Both the position numbers and the translations under genes were made by a program. A DNA stretch of 54,716 bases, the filler included, from Catajapyx aquilonaris (lineage: Eukaryota): NCBI GenBank assembly GCA_000934665.2. It is 2 parts of 2 records of this genome, joined end to end, with 100 filler letters (N's around TTAATTAATTAA, not from the genome) between each part and the next. Parts side by side here need not be neighbours in the genome. Positions count along the whole stretch, not along the records: positions 27,413 to 54,716 come from KZ539281.1; 1 more part is not named here. One strand, given 5' to 3'. This document shows positions 37,976 to 49,689 of this stretch, one piece after another. Within the stretch, counting starts at the first letter, position 1. The number at the start of each line of letters is the position of its first letter. The notes below the pieces were generated by a model. It saw only the letters and a program-made list of their open reading frames with translations. It did no database searches and was not told the origin of the DNA.

Positions 37976-38853
37976 TTTTTGTGGTTGTTCAATCTTTGCA
38001 CGACTTTCAAGTCAGAATGAACAATTGTTAAGAAACCCAACAATTCTACCACTAAAAAGATTTTTTTTGCATACTCCCCCGAAACTGGACCAAACTTTTT
38101 GGCTGCATGTCTTTACAGAAAGGTTGGCTCTAAACTTTTTTTGTATACATTTTGCAGTAAATGGCATGTTCCTCACACTCTTGTCACTTACGAAGAGACT
38201 CTTTCGAAATATTTCTTTCAAGTTACACTGTCAAAATGTAATCATAAGGAGTCCTCTGCAATTGGCTTCATAATTTCAAATTAAGCATTAATTATCACAA
38301 TTTATGCATGCATGCGAGTAGTTACGCATATCAAATGTTTCATGCCAAACGTCAACAGACGGCTGGATTTCTATTCACCGGATTTAATATTCTGGGTGTG
38401 CCTGTATTGGTGTATGGAGCATGGCTGTAGTCGACAATAAGTTTATATAAAATGGCAGTTGAAAAGGGACAGCACAAACGATAAAGTGAGAGTGTAAAAA
38501 TAGATGCGAGGGAAAAAACAAGAAGTTACGAGCAATAGGAACAGCAAGAGCTGGCACATGTACTCCCATTATTCCTAAGTAGCACATGCTCCACCATTTT
38601 TTCAACCATCACGAATCCATACCCTCTGTGACGTATTGCGCTAAATGCATTCAATGTACGAGCAACTAGGACTGACAAGAGTGCGACATTCGTCTGGGAC
38701 ACCTGCCATTTTCCTCTCGTAATAAAAAACAACAAACGGCATCAAACAAAAAAGAGGAACTAATTTTTTTTTTTTTGAACCAGTTCCGGGGAAAAGTCCA
38801 TTCACCTTAGAAAGAGGTTCAATTGGGATAAGGGTGTGTGTCGAAAAATGGCG

Positions 38854-41800
38854 CTACTGAGCTTCACCGTTGTCGTCCGCATTGTCGCTGTTGGCTGTCC
38901 CGTTGGCGACCACTAACCTCCTACTGCTGCTGTCTTCGTCTTGCCTGGGCCTTTTGGCCTCTCTCACCAAATCATTGCTGTCCTCTTCCCCTTCCCCCTC
39001 CTCAGAGGAGTCATGCGTCCGTTTTAGAGTCGCCTCGCCCTCATCAGTAGTCCTGTCTACTGTGTCACACGATCGGTGATTCCCATTCACCCCATCTTCC
39101 TCCTTAACAGTCTCGGTCCTTTCCTCCTCCTCCTCCTCCTCAACCGCCATTTCCTCCACCTCCAACGGCTCTTCCTTGATTCCGTTTTCCGCCGTGTCCT
39201 CCTCCACTTCCTCTTTGACAACACTAGGCTCATGGTTGGTCCTGACCTCCACTGGCGGTGTGGGTTCTGGCGCGGGTGTAAGAGGAGAGGGAGGGGCAGA
39301 AACACTATTTTCCACCTGCTTGTCCTGCAACGAAGCTGAATTCATGGCCTTCTTCAGGGTCTCATTCTCCCCCTGCAGGTGCGAGATAAGCTCCTTTGAC
39401 TCCCGCAGCTGCTGCTGGAGGTAGTATATGGTGCTCTGCATGCCTTCCACGTCCTCGTCCAGCTCCTGGATGAACTCGTCCAGTTCTGACACGCAGAACA
39501 AGAAAACTCGATTAGTCAAGAATTATCTAGTCAAGCCAAGCTACATATGCAAATGTGCAATTAATGTGTAATGTCATTAAAATACGTAATTGCTGCACAT
39601 ATTTACGTTACAAGCCCCCAAAAGTGGACTTGGGAGTTTTTGAAATCAGACCCCTCAAATGTACCGAAGCAGTACATAATAATCATTAATCTTGCCCTGT
39701 TCATATTCAATATTTTGTATCAGAATACACGATGATAATAAAATAATAATAATCAGCTTCCAACTCGACTTACATCTACTCGTACCTTCATGTTTTGCAA
39801 ATTTTTCATTACTTGAAGGCTGCATGGTCTAGCAAAATTCTGATTAAACATGTACTCACCTGACTGCGATTTCTTCATTTCCTCGCTGAAGTTCTTCTGA
39901 AGAGCCAGGTCACCTTCCAGCTTGGCCAACCGGCCGCTGGAGATCATCTTCCCCAGCTCTTCATTTTCCTGATACAAAAGCCTGCATTTGGCCATCAACC
40001 TCTTGCCTGTGTTACTGCAAAAATTGAACAAAAAAAATGCAAAAAATAATAATGTCAAGCTACATTTTTCTCACTTGTCACATGTCAACCCAGCCCTCCC
40101 CCACCAACACACACATATATACACACACAAAACACGTGCCCTCAGGAAACTCCAGAACCCCCTACTCTTTTACGAGGTTTCCTGAGGGAATATTCCTGCC
40201 TACTCATTCTTTCAATTCCTGGAATGGTTTGGGTAGCACTTTGTAGGTCACTGACTGCACCATTACTTTTCTGGCGTCATCTTATCACAAGACTTCCATT
40301 GAGGGGCTTCGTAGCGAGGGGGATGCCGATTTTCATGTGCTCATCACAGGTTCAAGACGCGCTGGCCAAAGAGCTGTTAAGTGACGAACTGGACAGACAG
40401 GCCTTTAAAGCAGGAGCCGAGCTGATGAATCTCCCAAAACGCTGCCTCATCCCAGCCATCAACATCCTCCATCGATCCTCACTCCCAAAATTTTAGCACT
40501 CAAACTGACACAAAACTATGGCAGCCACTGGAAACATCCAGCTCCTTTCCCCCCCCCCCCATTCTTTGGCTTATTTTTTTCTTTCTCACTGCCACTGGTC
40601 AAATTAACCCCATAGAAAGAACACTGTAGAAGCACGAAGCACTCATTCATGCAACGCAAATGGTGACACATGAAAAGGGTAAAACACAGACAAACAACAG
40701 ACGAAACAGGGTTGTCAAACATGGATTTCTTGGGGGGGGGTTTTCACTTCGTCTCTTGACGCACAGCACTTCTTGTTTGCCACCAACACTGACACGTCTT
40801 TTTTTCCCCCCCCTCTCAAACGAACAAATTTTTTTTTAAACCAAATAAATAAAAAAGGCACACAACTTTTTAAGTCAGGCCGCACAATATCTGGCTGGCT
40901 GCATGCCACCTGCTCGCAACTTAAAAATCTTTTATCACTGATTCATCACGAAAGTACAAGAGTTCATTTATGGCAACCCACTGCACCACTTGCACTTTTC
41001 ACATTCATTTTATCAACACTTGCCATATTTACATCACAACTTTAAAACGCTACAGATTATGTATACAAAATGAACAATTTATACACTTCACATAATCAAA
41101 TACTGACAAATATAACTACTTCCCCCCCTTCATTACTCAACAAGAACACCACTGCACTGGCTAAATCTGATAAAAAAATTGTCCCATTTCATGATACGTA
41201 ATTCCTCCATGTTTACGTACAGTAATTTATTCCGCCAAAAGTAGAACATGAGGTCTATGAATGGAGGAGGAAAATGACAATTACTTAGGGTCAATCAGCC
41301 CTGCAGAGCTTGTAAAATAACTTCAAGTACATCATTCAAGAAAATTACACTCAATGCACGGTACAACTGTTGCTGAGTCACAGACACAATGCAAATTTTT
41401 TTATGACATGTAAAAGACATTGCACTGCTGAGTAAGCATTTTTAACAACCGCTCATTAGTGTCTATTTAACCCTGGAACCATGACGTCGGGTCTGTAAGA
41501 ACCCCAAAGGAATTAAAATGCATTAAAATGATAGTTACAATGAACTTTTGCCATTTTTTAAAAGTATATGACAGGAAGTGCAAGTTTATTTTGAATTAGA
41601 GATCATTTTAGGCATTTTTCACAGAATGATTGTATATAGTCAATACACTGAAATGTATAAAAAAATTAATAAAAATTAAAATATGGTTGGGGTCCTAAAA
41701 GACCCCACGTAACGGTTGCCGTAACTTTCAGGCACGTCACGGTTCCATGGTTAAAAAGCAAAAATTAAGCTTTCTTGCTACATTTGTAATGACACGTTTT

Positions 41801-44800
41801 CTTTCACTTTGATTGACCCGTTACAAATATCAGTAGCATCACACTTCTATGATTCACTTATATTTTTTATTTATTTTATTTTTTATTTAATACCCTTTAC
41901 TGGCATTGGATTCACTTATAAATTGTATGACAGGGCTCAAATGGGTATCTGGTCTACTTTGCGTATCTCACAGCTCCATCAGTAACATCTCATAGACAGC
42001 AATATCAACTTGCTCTTGTCACCTCACCTTCAATTTTGGCAAAGTTTTGTACACATAATTGAAAACCCCCAGTAATTAGTTTGTACATACTTAAAACATG
42101 TAGGTGAAGTCACAGGCATAAGTGTACATTCACATCCCCAAAAAATTTTACCAATAAGCTTACTTATGATAGTTATGAACCACACAGTATTTGGGCCAAG
42201 GTCAAGCAGGTCCATCTTTCCGTACAACATTCAAGTAAGCCTGAGCATAGCTCAACTCTGCTCAAAGGCAGATCCCACCCACTGCCTTATCTGAATGGGA
42301 CCCACTGTGATACCAGAGGGCAATGCAAAGCTTGAAATACGCAGAGTTTTCATACATCATACATTTGACAAAAGGTACTTGAGAAATTATCACAAGCAAT
42401 GCATAACAATTTCGCATCTTCTAGTCGCCCTCAGTTATCGCAGTAGGTGATTCGGAGTGGGTGGATATCAGGACGGAAGGTGAGGTTTTGTTCTCATGTT
42501 ATCTGGAGACGCAAGGTCCCTTCTAGTCAGCATTAACACATGAACACAAGAAGGTATGTGTAATACTGTAACATGTCACTCATCAGCACGTTTACCAGTT
42601 GTCTTCTTCTACACATGAAATACACACCCAATGAAAGGCTGCTTGAGACAATACCAAAAGTTTGGTTTCAGAAGTCACTCGGCTGCGATGCACATACTTA
42701 TTCTAACAACAACACATTAAAAGCAATTACACTGCAGTATGATTGTGATCATAATGTCATGCCTCTTTCACAGGAACTTGACAGATACATTTTGGGAATG
42801 GTACGGAGGGTGTTTCTCTGCCCAAGATGATAATCTGTAGACGGGACGAGTTGATGGGTTGTTCACTCGTGAGCCGCATTCTACGCACAGTCCAGATTTG
42901 ACGTGCTCCTTTTAGCTTTGTGCATTCAGCCTACTTTGTTTGCAAAATCAGGGGTGAATGATCCATTAACTATTTCCCACCTCTTCTTCAACAGCCCTTC
43001 CACAGCCATGATATGCCGACGGTTCGAGCACAAATGGCTCCCCCGTGTTCTCTTTGCATATCACACACAAGTATCAAGGCAATCGGCTTAAGCACAAGTA
43101 TGTTCATATTAAATTTCAACAAATAGCACAGTTCCCCGTCCATTTATCATTGCACTTTTGAATTGCTACATGCATCATGACCAGTGTCCATTGAATCCTA
43201 ACAGTTACACTATTTTTACTGCCCTTGAACTAGTGACTCGGTAAACTAACAATCCTGGCACATAACTTTTCATTTAGGCATGAAGAAAAAAAAATGAACC
43301 AACATAAACCATACCATAGACTTGCTTGCACTTCACATCAGAAATCCCACACACATCACTATTAGCAATTTCCCAGATGTATTACCTGTGCAAGTCTTCT
43401 ACAATATTCAAAACCTTTTGACTTACGATCCTATGTGATGAACAGGAAGATGATACAAAAATGACAAAATATCACATTCACCTCATGCAGGAACAAAAAT
43501 ATCTGACAAACACACATGAGAAAGTGCTTCACGGTAACCCACATACAGCCTCATGTTTTTCTTGTAACTCTCTGCAGCAATTCAAAGATTAAAACAGCTC
43601 CTCATGAAATTTGGGGGACTGAAATTACACATCAGAAAAACCAACTAAGCCAAGTTTCACATCTCATTACAATACCAAGTCATTTTTGTTTTGCAGGTAA
43701 TATTCCTACATCATGAATATTTTTTTAAATGGAGGTGAAAATCTTAACGTGATACATATGTCACGAAACAACTGGTGAAACGATGCCTTTTCTCATTCGA
43801 GTTGCTTTTCTTGAATATTGTACGTAGCAGCCATCACCTGGTCCATGACATGTTGCTTGAAACTTACACTCCAAATGAGATCATCACAATGTGGTCAATA
43901 CTGCAAGTATTCCTATGAATATTAATAAGGCGCAATAAATAATACGAAACCCAGTTTGCCCAGTGACTCAACTAAACAATTTAAATGACTTGCAGCATAA
44001 ACATTTCATAGCAAAACTATTCCCCCAACAACTGGTATCCTACCATATAAAAAGTAACACTGCTGCAACCCTTCACAACATCTCTCAATACTCAAAACTT
44101 GTGCAGTGCACTTGCACCCCCAGCACATTGACACAGATGAGAATGAGGCATGCAACAAAGTGTACATGGTGAGCACATTCATGTAAGTGGATAATGAGAG
44201 TAACACATCATTTCAATCGCTTGAGAACATTTAGTGTACATTCTCTTTCAGGCCTCAAAACTAGGTGCAATTATTCAGTTCTCCGACATTTATCACTTTG
44301 TAGTGTGACATACGTGTACAGTACTTCAAGCGCGAGCTTTAAAAATAATTATACTAGCAAATAATGGTCATCTTCACAAGAATGACGTAATGATCATCAC
44401 ATTCTTTCCACAAATAATTCTAATCATTTAAAAACTCATATGCAAATCTACACAACCTATTTCCATACATCATAAAAAATGTGATTACACAAAGACAATT
44501 TTAAAAAGGGGGCCGTTGTCGTAGCGTAAATCTAAATATTTCAAAACTGAGGCTCACTGATTTGGAATGCCTTTGTGCAACATTAACGGACAGTCCTTCA
44601 GAACAAACGTTGATCACTCACTACGGCTATGTGCAGTGCAAGAAATGTGACTTCTGAAAAAGCTACAGAAGTGACACTTACCAGGCATCATCATTCCTTG
44701 AAAATGGTACAGCTCAGTGATGTTCTTTAATCTTCAGCATGGTTTTGTGTGGAAATAAATCCTTGCTGTGCACATTTACATATGCCTTTCGTTACATTAC

Positions 44801-47800
44801 AGCCTCACATTAATACAATGACAGCCAAGCTATCACAATAAACCAAGTCATGCATGTAAAATGTGACACCACACTGAGAGAGACTTTGAAGTGCAAAAAA
44901 CATTCCACACGTGCTCAGAAGAATGTCGTTGCCACTTTTCTTGCTTCATTTCCTCAATGTTGAAATATTCCAAAGTAATACATAGACATGTTTGCAGAGT
45001 ACAATTTGCACTAATCTTAACCCGCTGGATGACTGACACAACTATTTGTGAGAATCACATGTGCCTAAAGCAAGTGTCATCCACCAGATCTTCAACCCAT
45101 ATATCTCTAGTTCCATCATTTATCTTTTGCGGCGCTTATGATCAAAGTTGTACACCAAATAAAATTCAATATTCCAGGAGCTGGATTCAAACAAATCCGT
45201 AATTACTTGCAACATTTTCTTTCCATAGTTCCAGCTCTGAAACATTGCTAACTAATGACATTCAATTTGTTCACGCTTTGTGTCCGTGTGTGAATCCAGC
45301 CCTAGGATAATTGCAAGTATTTGCCTGCACCAAGTATGACTTTCTTTCCAATAAAAAAACAGTGCAAAAAACACATACAATGCACACATTGCAGTTCGAT
45401 TGGAACAGAAGTGCCGTATGATCCATAGAGAACACGTTATGTGTGAAGACACAATTACCACAAAAGAAAACTATGCTTCATGTCCTCAATTAGGCTAATT
45501 AATATCTAGATAAATATTCATACACTTGAAATTAAAATTATCATATTATGCAGAATAGGCTTATAAACGACATTTCAAATACAAAAGCTACTTCTACATT
45601 ATGAGCACCTTCTAAACAGATGCTCAAGTTACTTGTACATTTTTTTTAAAAAAATAAAGAGCTGAAAGTAAGATAAAAAGAAAAGAAAATAATGTGTCAT
45701 TATGAGTAATTGTCATACTTACAGTGATGGTCATCTTCAAAGCTCAAAGTCCTTTGGAAGTGAATGAATAGTCCACTTTCAATGGCGCGCTTTTTGTTCT
45801 TAAGTAGAGGCAAACAAATCTCTTGGGGCTCCATGCAGAGTTGGACACTCCCCCCACCCCAACCCGAAAAGGTTCTCTGTCTGTCTCAGTCTGTCGGCCC
45901 TCTTAATATCCGCTCGCAATGTTCAGTTGCTCTCTCTCTCTCCCTCTCTCTCTCTCTCGCTTGTGTGGTGTGGCCAATGCATAGAAAGTTCTAAACCCAA
46001 AAAGTGCCATTCCAGGAAATGTTCAGCTTGTACTAAATAAACCAAGACCCACGCTGGTACCGAAAAGTTCACTCAGGACACTCCCATTAGGTTTTTCTCG
46101 TCCCCTCTCAATAGTGCATGTTGGGAGTCCCATATAAAGTTTACAAGAGTGAACGGCATATAAAGGGTGCCTATGGGGGGGTGCAGGGGGTGGGGACAGC
46201 GGGGACAAAAGTTACCTTCCAAGTTCCAAAAAATCCCTTCCCAATCCCCGAGACTAGTTCTGTGAGAAGAATTATAGTCACAACTGGAAAGAATCCCTGA
46301 GGGAAGCAGCATTTTTTTGCTCTCTTTGCACCTGTCTGGGGTGAACTTCCAGGCACTGAGTTCGTTCTGGGTCTCCTCCATCTTGGCCTTGCTATCGTCC
46401 ACCTCCTTCTTCATGCGCTGCATCATCAGGTTGACTGCAGGGTCTAGCAGGGACGACCTGAGGGCCTGGGCTCCCGGCGCCTGGGCAGCCTTCAGCTCGT
46501 TGATCTGGTTCTGGAAATGCACAAACAAAAAGAGGGAACCAGTTTGGAAACTGAACTTTAAGAAGCACATCAAACATCTGGATCCTGCTGTGAGAAAGTC
46601 AGTTAACCTACTACACATCCAAGAGCACATTAGTGTTATTCAAGTAGATTGAAAGCGCGCCACTGTCTCAAATATTAAAAATTAAATTGCATTTTTAAAA
46701 CACACATGATCTTCATTATGGTGATGCAAGTCCAGCATTTTTAGATCGCTTCTTCCGAACTACTGTCTTCATTTTCGAAACTTTTCCAGAGTACAAAAAT
46801 TAATTCTTGGATATCCAAAAAATTGCAAGAAAACCGCCTTCCCACAGCAGGATCCACTTCAGGCGTGACACTCACGGCATAGTCCTGCATCTCCTGTTCT
46901 TTTGTGGTGAGCCGCATGACTAGAACGTTTTCCCTCCGTGTAGCTTCCAGCTGTTGCTGCCTCAGCTTCTCTTCCGGTTCCCTCAAGCTTGCCAGCTCAG
47001 CTGGAGAAAAATGATTTTTCATGAGGAATGATTAGTCAGACTGTACAACCAAGCAAAAAGCAACATGACAATACGAGATAATAACTCAAGCAGTAAATTA
47101 AAGCATAAGTACCACACTCGGAGATGGACAAACATCACCAGGCAGTGAATAAGTTGTCTCACGTCTAGCAGAATTGTTTGCTTTTTTTCCGACATACTGT
47201 TTTTCTACCAAAATCTCTCATTTCATGGTTAAATAAGCCGTCTCAAAGGTCCCTCACACCCAGTATATAGGAATCTAGGAATATAGGAAGATAGGAAATC
47301 TAGGAAATACATGTCACATCCACTTTGTGTTCATATGTTGAACCAATCTTCAGAGGATTGTAACTCCCAAAAAGGTAACATTCCTATAATAAAATATTCC
47401 TCTACTCAGAGCCATGGCCAACTATTGATGAGGAAAGAACCTCAATGTCATAACACTACTTGAAACAGCTCAATAATGGTCAAAACATGCGATGATACTC
47501 ATCAAATAAACATGGAGTGGCTCTGCAGGTTTCAATATTATTGTCACCTTGTCACTCGAACTGGTTCACATTCAATAGGGGCTTTTACACATTTTAAAAC
47601 TTTTTCATGTATTTATTGCCTAGTACATTCTACTCCTCCAAGTTTGCAAGTGTACTACATTAATCAATAATCGCAAGCGCAAAAATTATTCCCATATTGT
47701 CTAATAGTTGCATTGTGATAAAGCTCCATATTCAGACAACCCATCACAATGTAACAATTTTGCCTTAAAAAGTTTCGAGTCCCTGTAGTGTAGACGATGC

Positions 47801-48991
47801 ATCTGTAGATGGAAAACCAGTTAATATGAAGTGCAAAAATTCCCGACACCACGTTGAGATCCGCCAAACAAGGAAGGAAGATGATGCAAGTCAAACATTG
47901 CACACTCAAACCCACCAAGCACACTCAAAGAGATGCATCTGTTGCTGATAAAGCAGTCAAACAATATCCTAAGCTTGAGCATATCAGGGACCCTACAGCT
48001 GTCTAGCACACAGATTCCCATCCTCAAAATTCAATAGCTGTATACATCCGCCTAATGAGAACCTGGCCTCTCTTCTTCAGAACATGAAAATTATTTAATG
48101 TAAACTTCCTGCTGCTTACTGACGTATTTCCCAATTTTGCATTAGTTGACGTGTGCATATTCGCAACACCAGAAAGTACAGTAGAACCAAGTAGAACCCC
48201 AATTATCCGACTCCTCGACCGTCCTGCTCCTGAAATAAATGTTTTTCTCATCAAAAACTGTACGCATTTGTTTCTTATTGCCTTAGTTGAATTGTACACA
48301 CAGTACAGCTGTGTATGTACAAGTTCTTAGAAAACCATAATATTTTTTTGTTGTGTTTCATTCCAGTTTTTTTTTGCTCTTCGGCTTATCCGACCTTTTT
48401 GGAGTTCCAACCTGGTCCCGTGGGTGACGGATAATCAGGGTTCTACTGTAACATTGTACGCAATATCTTCCCTGCATTGTGCTTACGTCTGTACTGTAAC
48501 TGGGTTCAGTGGGGCTTAACGTCGGCCTATTTCTGCCTCTAAGGCTCAACACCGACGCCAGGGGATGGTCCTCCTCCGTCGGTCCCGTGTGCATGTGACA
48601 TTGCGCGAGTGCACGTTAAAGATCCCCAGAGTGGCCAAATTTCTGTACTGTAACTGTACTGAACAACAATAACTCTTTATTCCAATGCAAATGTGGTGTC
48701 AGTGATCCGCAAGTTTATACCAATCCCTTTGTTAGATTATGTCATTTTTCCCATTCTGACAAAGAGTATGCGGAACGTACCTTCCTGTACGGCATGGTTG
48801 GCCTGCTTGTCCTCCAGACTTGCGATGTACCTCTCCTGCTCCTTGTAGAGCCTGAGCAGCTCCTCCTTCTGCATCTGCTGCAGTGCCTCCTCGCTCATCC
48901 TCTTCCTGGCCGCCCCAGCTGGCCCCGAGGCTGGTGGAACATGCTGCTGGGGCGGGGCAGGGGCGGATGGGGCCGAGGGCGGGTCGGCCAT
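38854..48991 (-). CDS. WTAP: WTAP / female-lethal(2)d, m6A writer complex subunit, 5 coding exons, ~433 aa
   Basis: Exons 48991-48781 (after a 5' UTR exon ending ~49074), 47000-46876, 46510-46332, 40014-39860, 39485-38854. Motifs RRENVLVMRLTTKEQEMQ, LLDPAVN, ELSAWKFTPDSNTGKRLMAKCRLLYQENEELG, ELDEDVEGMQSTIYYLQQQL. Confidence 0.97.
41471..41750. mobile_element. piggyBac-type MITE in the WTAP long intron
   Basis: TTAA|CCCTGGAACCATGACGT ... ACGTCACGGTTCCATGG|TTAA, with internal gggtc...gacccc subterminal palindromes. Confidence 0.85.
48179..48448. mobile_element. pogo/Tigger-type MITE
   Basis: TA|CAGTAGAACC...aattatccg and cggataatcagGGTTCTACTG|TA. Confidence 0.8.
48500..48642 (+). mobile_element. 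SINE fragment carrying a Nin/Deu-domain-like core
   Basis: GC-rich insert ending gtgcacgttaaagatccccagagtggccaaatt, resembling the GCACGTTAAAGATCCC core of Nin/Deu-domain SINEs (recalled, not searched). Confidence 0.55.
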
Positions 48992-49149
48992 CACTCACTC
49001 ACTGGTTTGCAATATATCCACTGTTAAAACAACAACCAAATTGTGCAGCATATACACTGTTGAGAGGCCTTACCGAGAATGTAAATCCTGAATAGATCTC
49101 ATAAAGAACTATTTGCGAGGGAATAGAACTACACAAGTTCTTCTCCTGT

Positions 49150-49689
49150 TCCAAACAATATGGCGGACAAATGGCGGCGGCGAATTTTCTCTTGCGTATT
49201 ACGCTATGGATGCGAATCCCACATTGGATTATGCATAGTGAGCTCAGGATCTGCTGGGATTGGTCGGATCCATCACATTCCTCGGATTCTCATACGTCCA
49301 GATGAAAACATGGAGCCAATCACGATTGAGAATGACAAAATCGGTGTGCGGTTCGCACTTATAGCTGCTAAAAGTGCGGAAAACTGCCGGAAGATGGCAG
49401 TATCCGCGGCGTCTCGGCCGCATTCGAACCCACAGGCTAATTCGAATTTAAATATAAACATGGATTTAACCTAATTACATTTTTAATTAGTATTTAAAAT
49501 GATTATCAATTTAATAACAACTTTCTTTGACTAAATAAGTACGTTACATTACTCTGTTTTGCCAGCTATTCGAACCCGCTCAATCCATGTGCAAAAAAAA
49601 AAAAAAGTTTTGCTAAAATTGGCGATCAATTTTCAGGGTTTGAAATAACTTTTTTTCGCGATCGACCGACTGGGTACGACCTCCTTCAC
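49150..49689. promoter_or_regulatory. Bidirectional promoter WTAP / CLYBL
   Basis: Divergent genes. YY1-like motifs AATATGGCGG (~49157), AAATGGCGGC (~49169) and AAGATGGC (~49391), and CCAAT at ~49316. Confidence 0.65.

Noticed and set aside
40340..40410. Possible alternative WTAP terminal exon (tttaaag|GCCTGTC) resembling the human alternative exon
   Set aside because: Similarity is only a few bases and the acceptor is weak; the segment is better explained as an arm of the long-range duplex.
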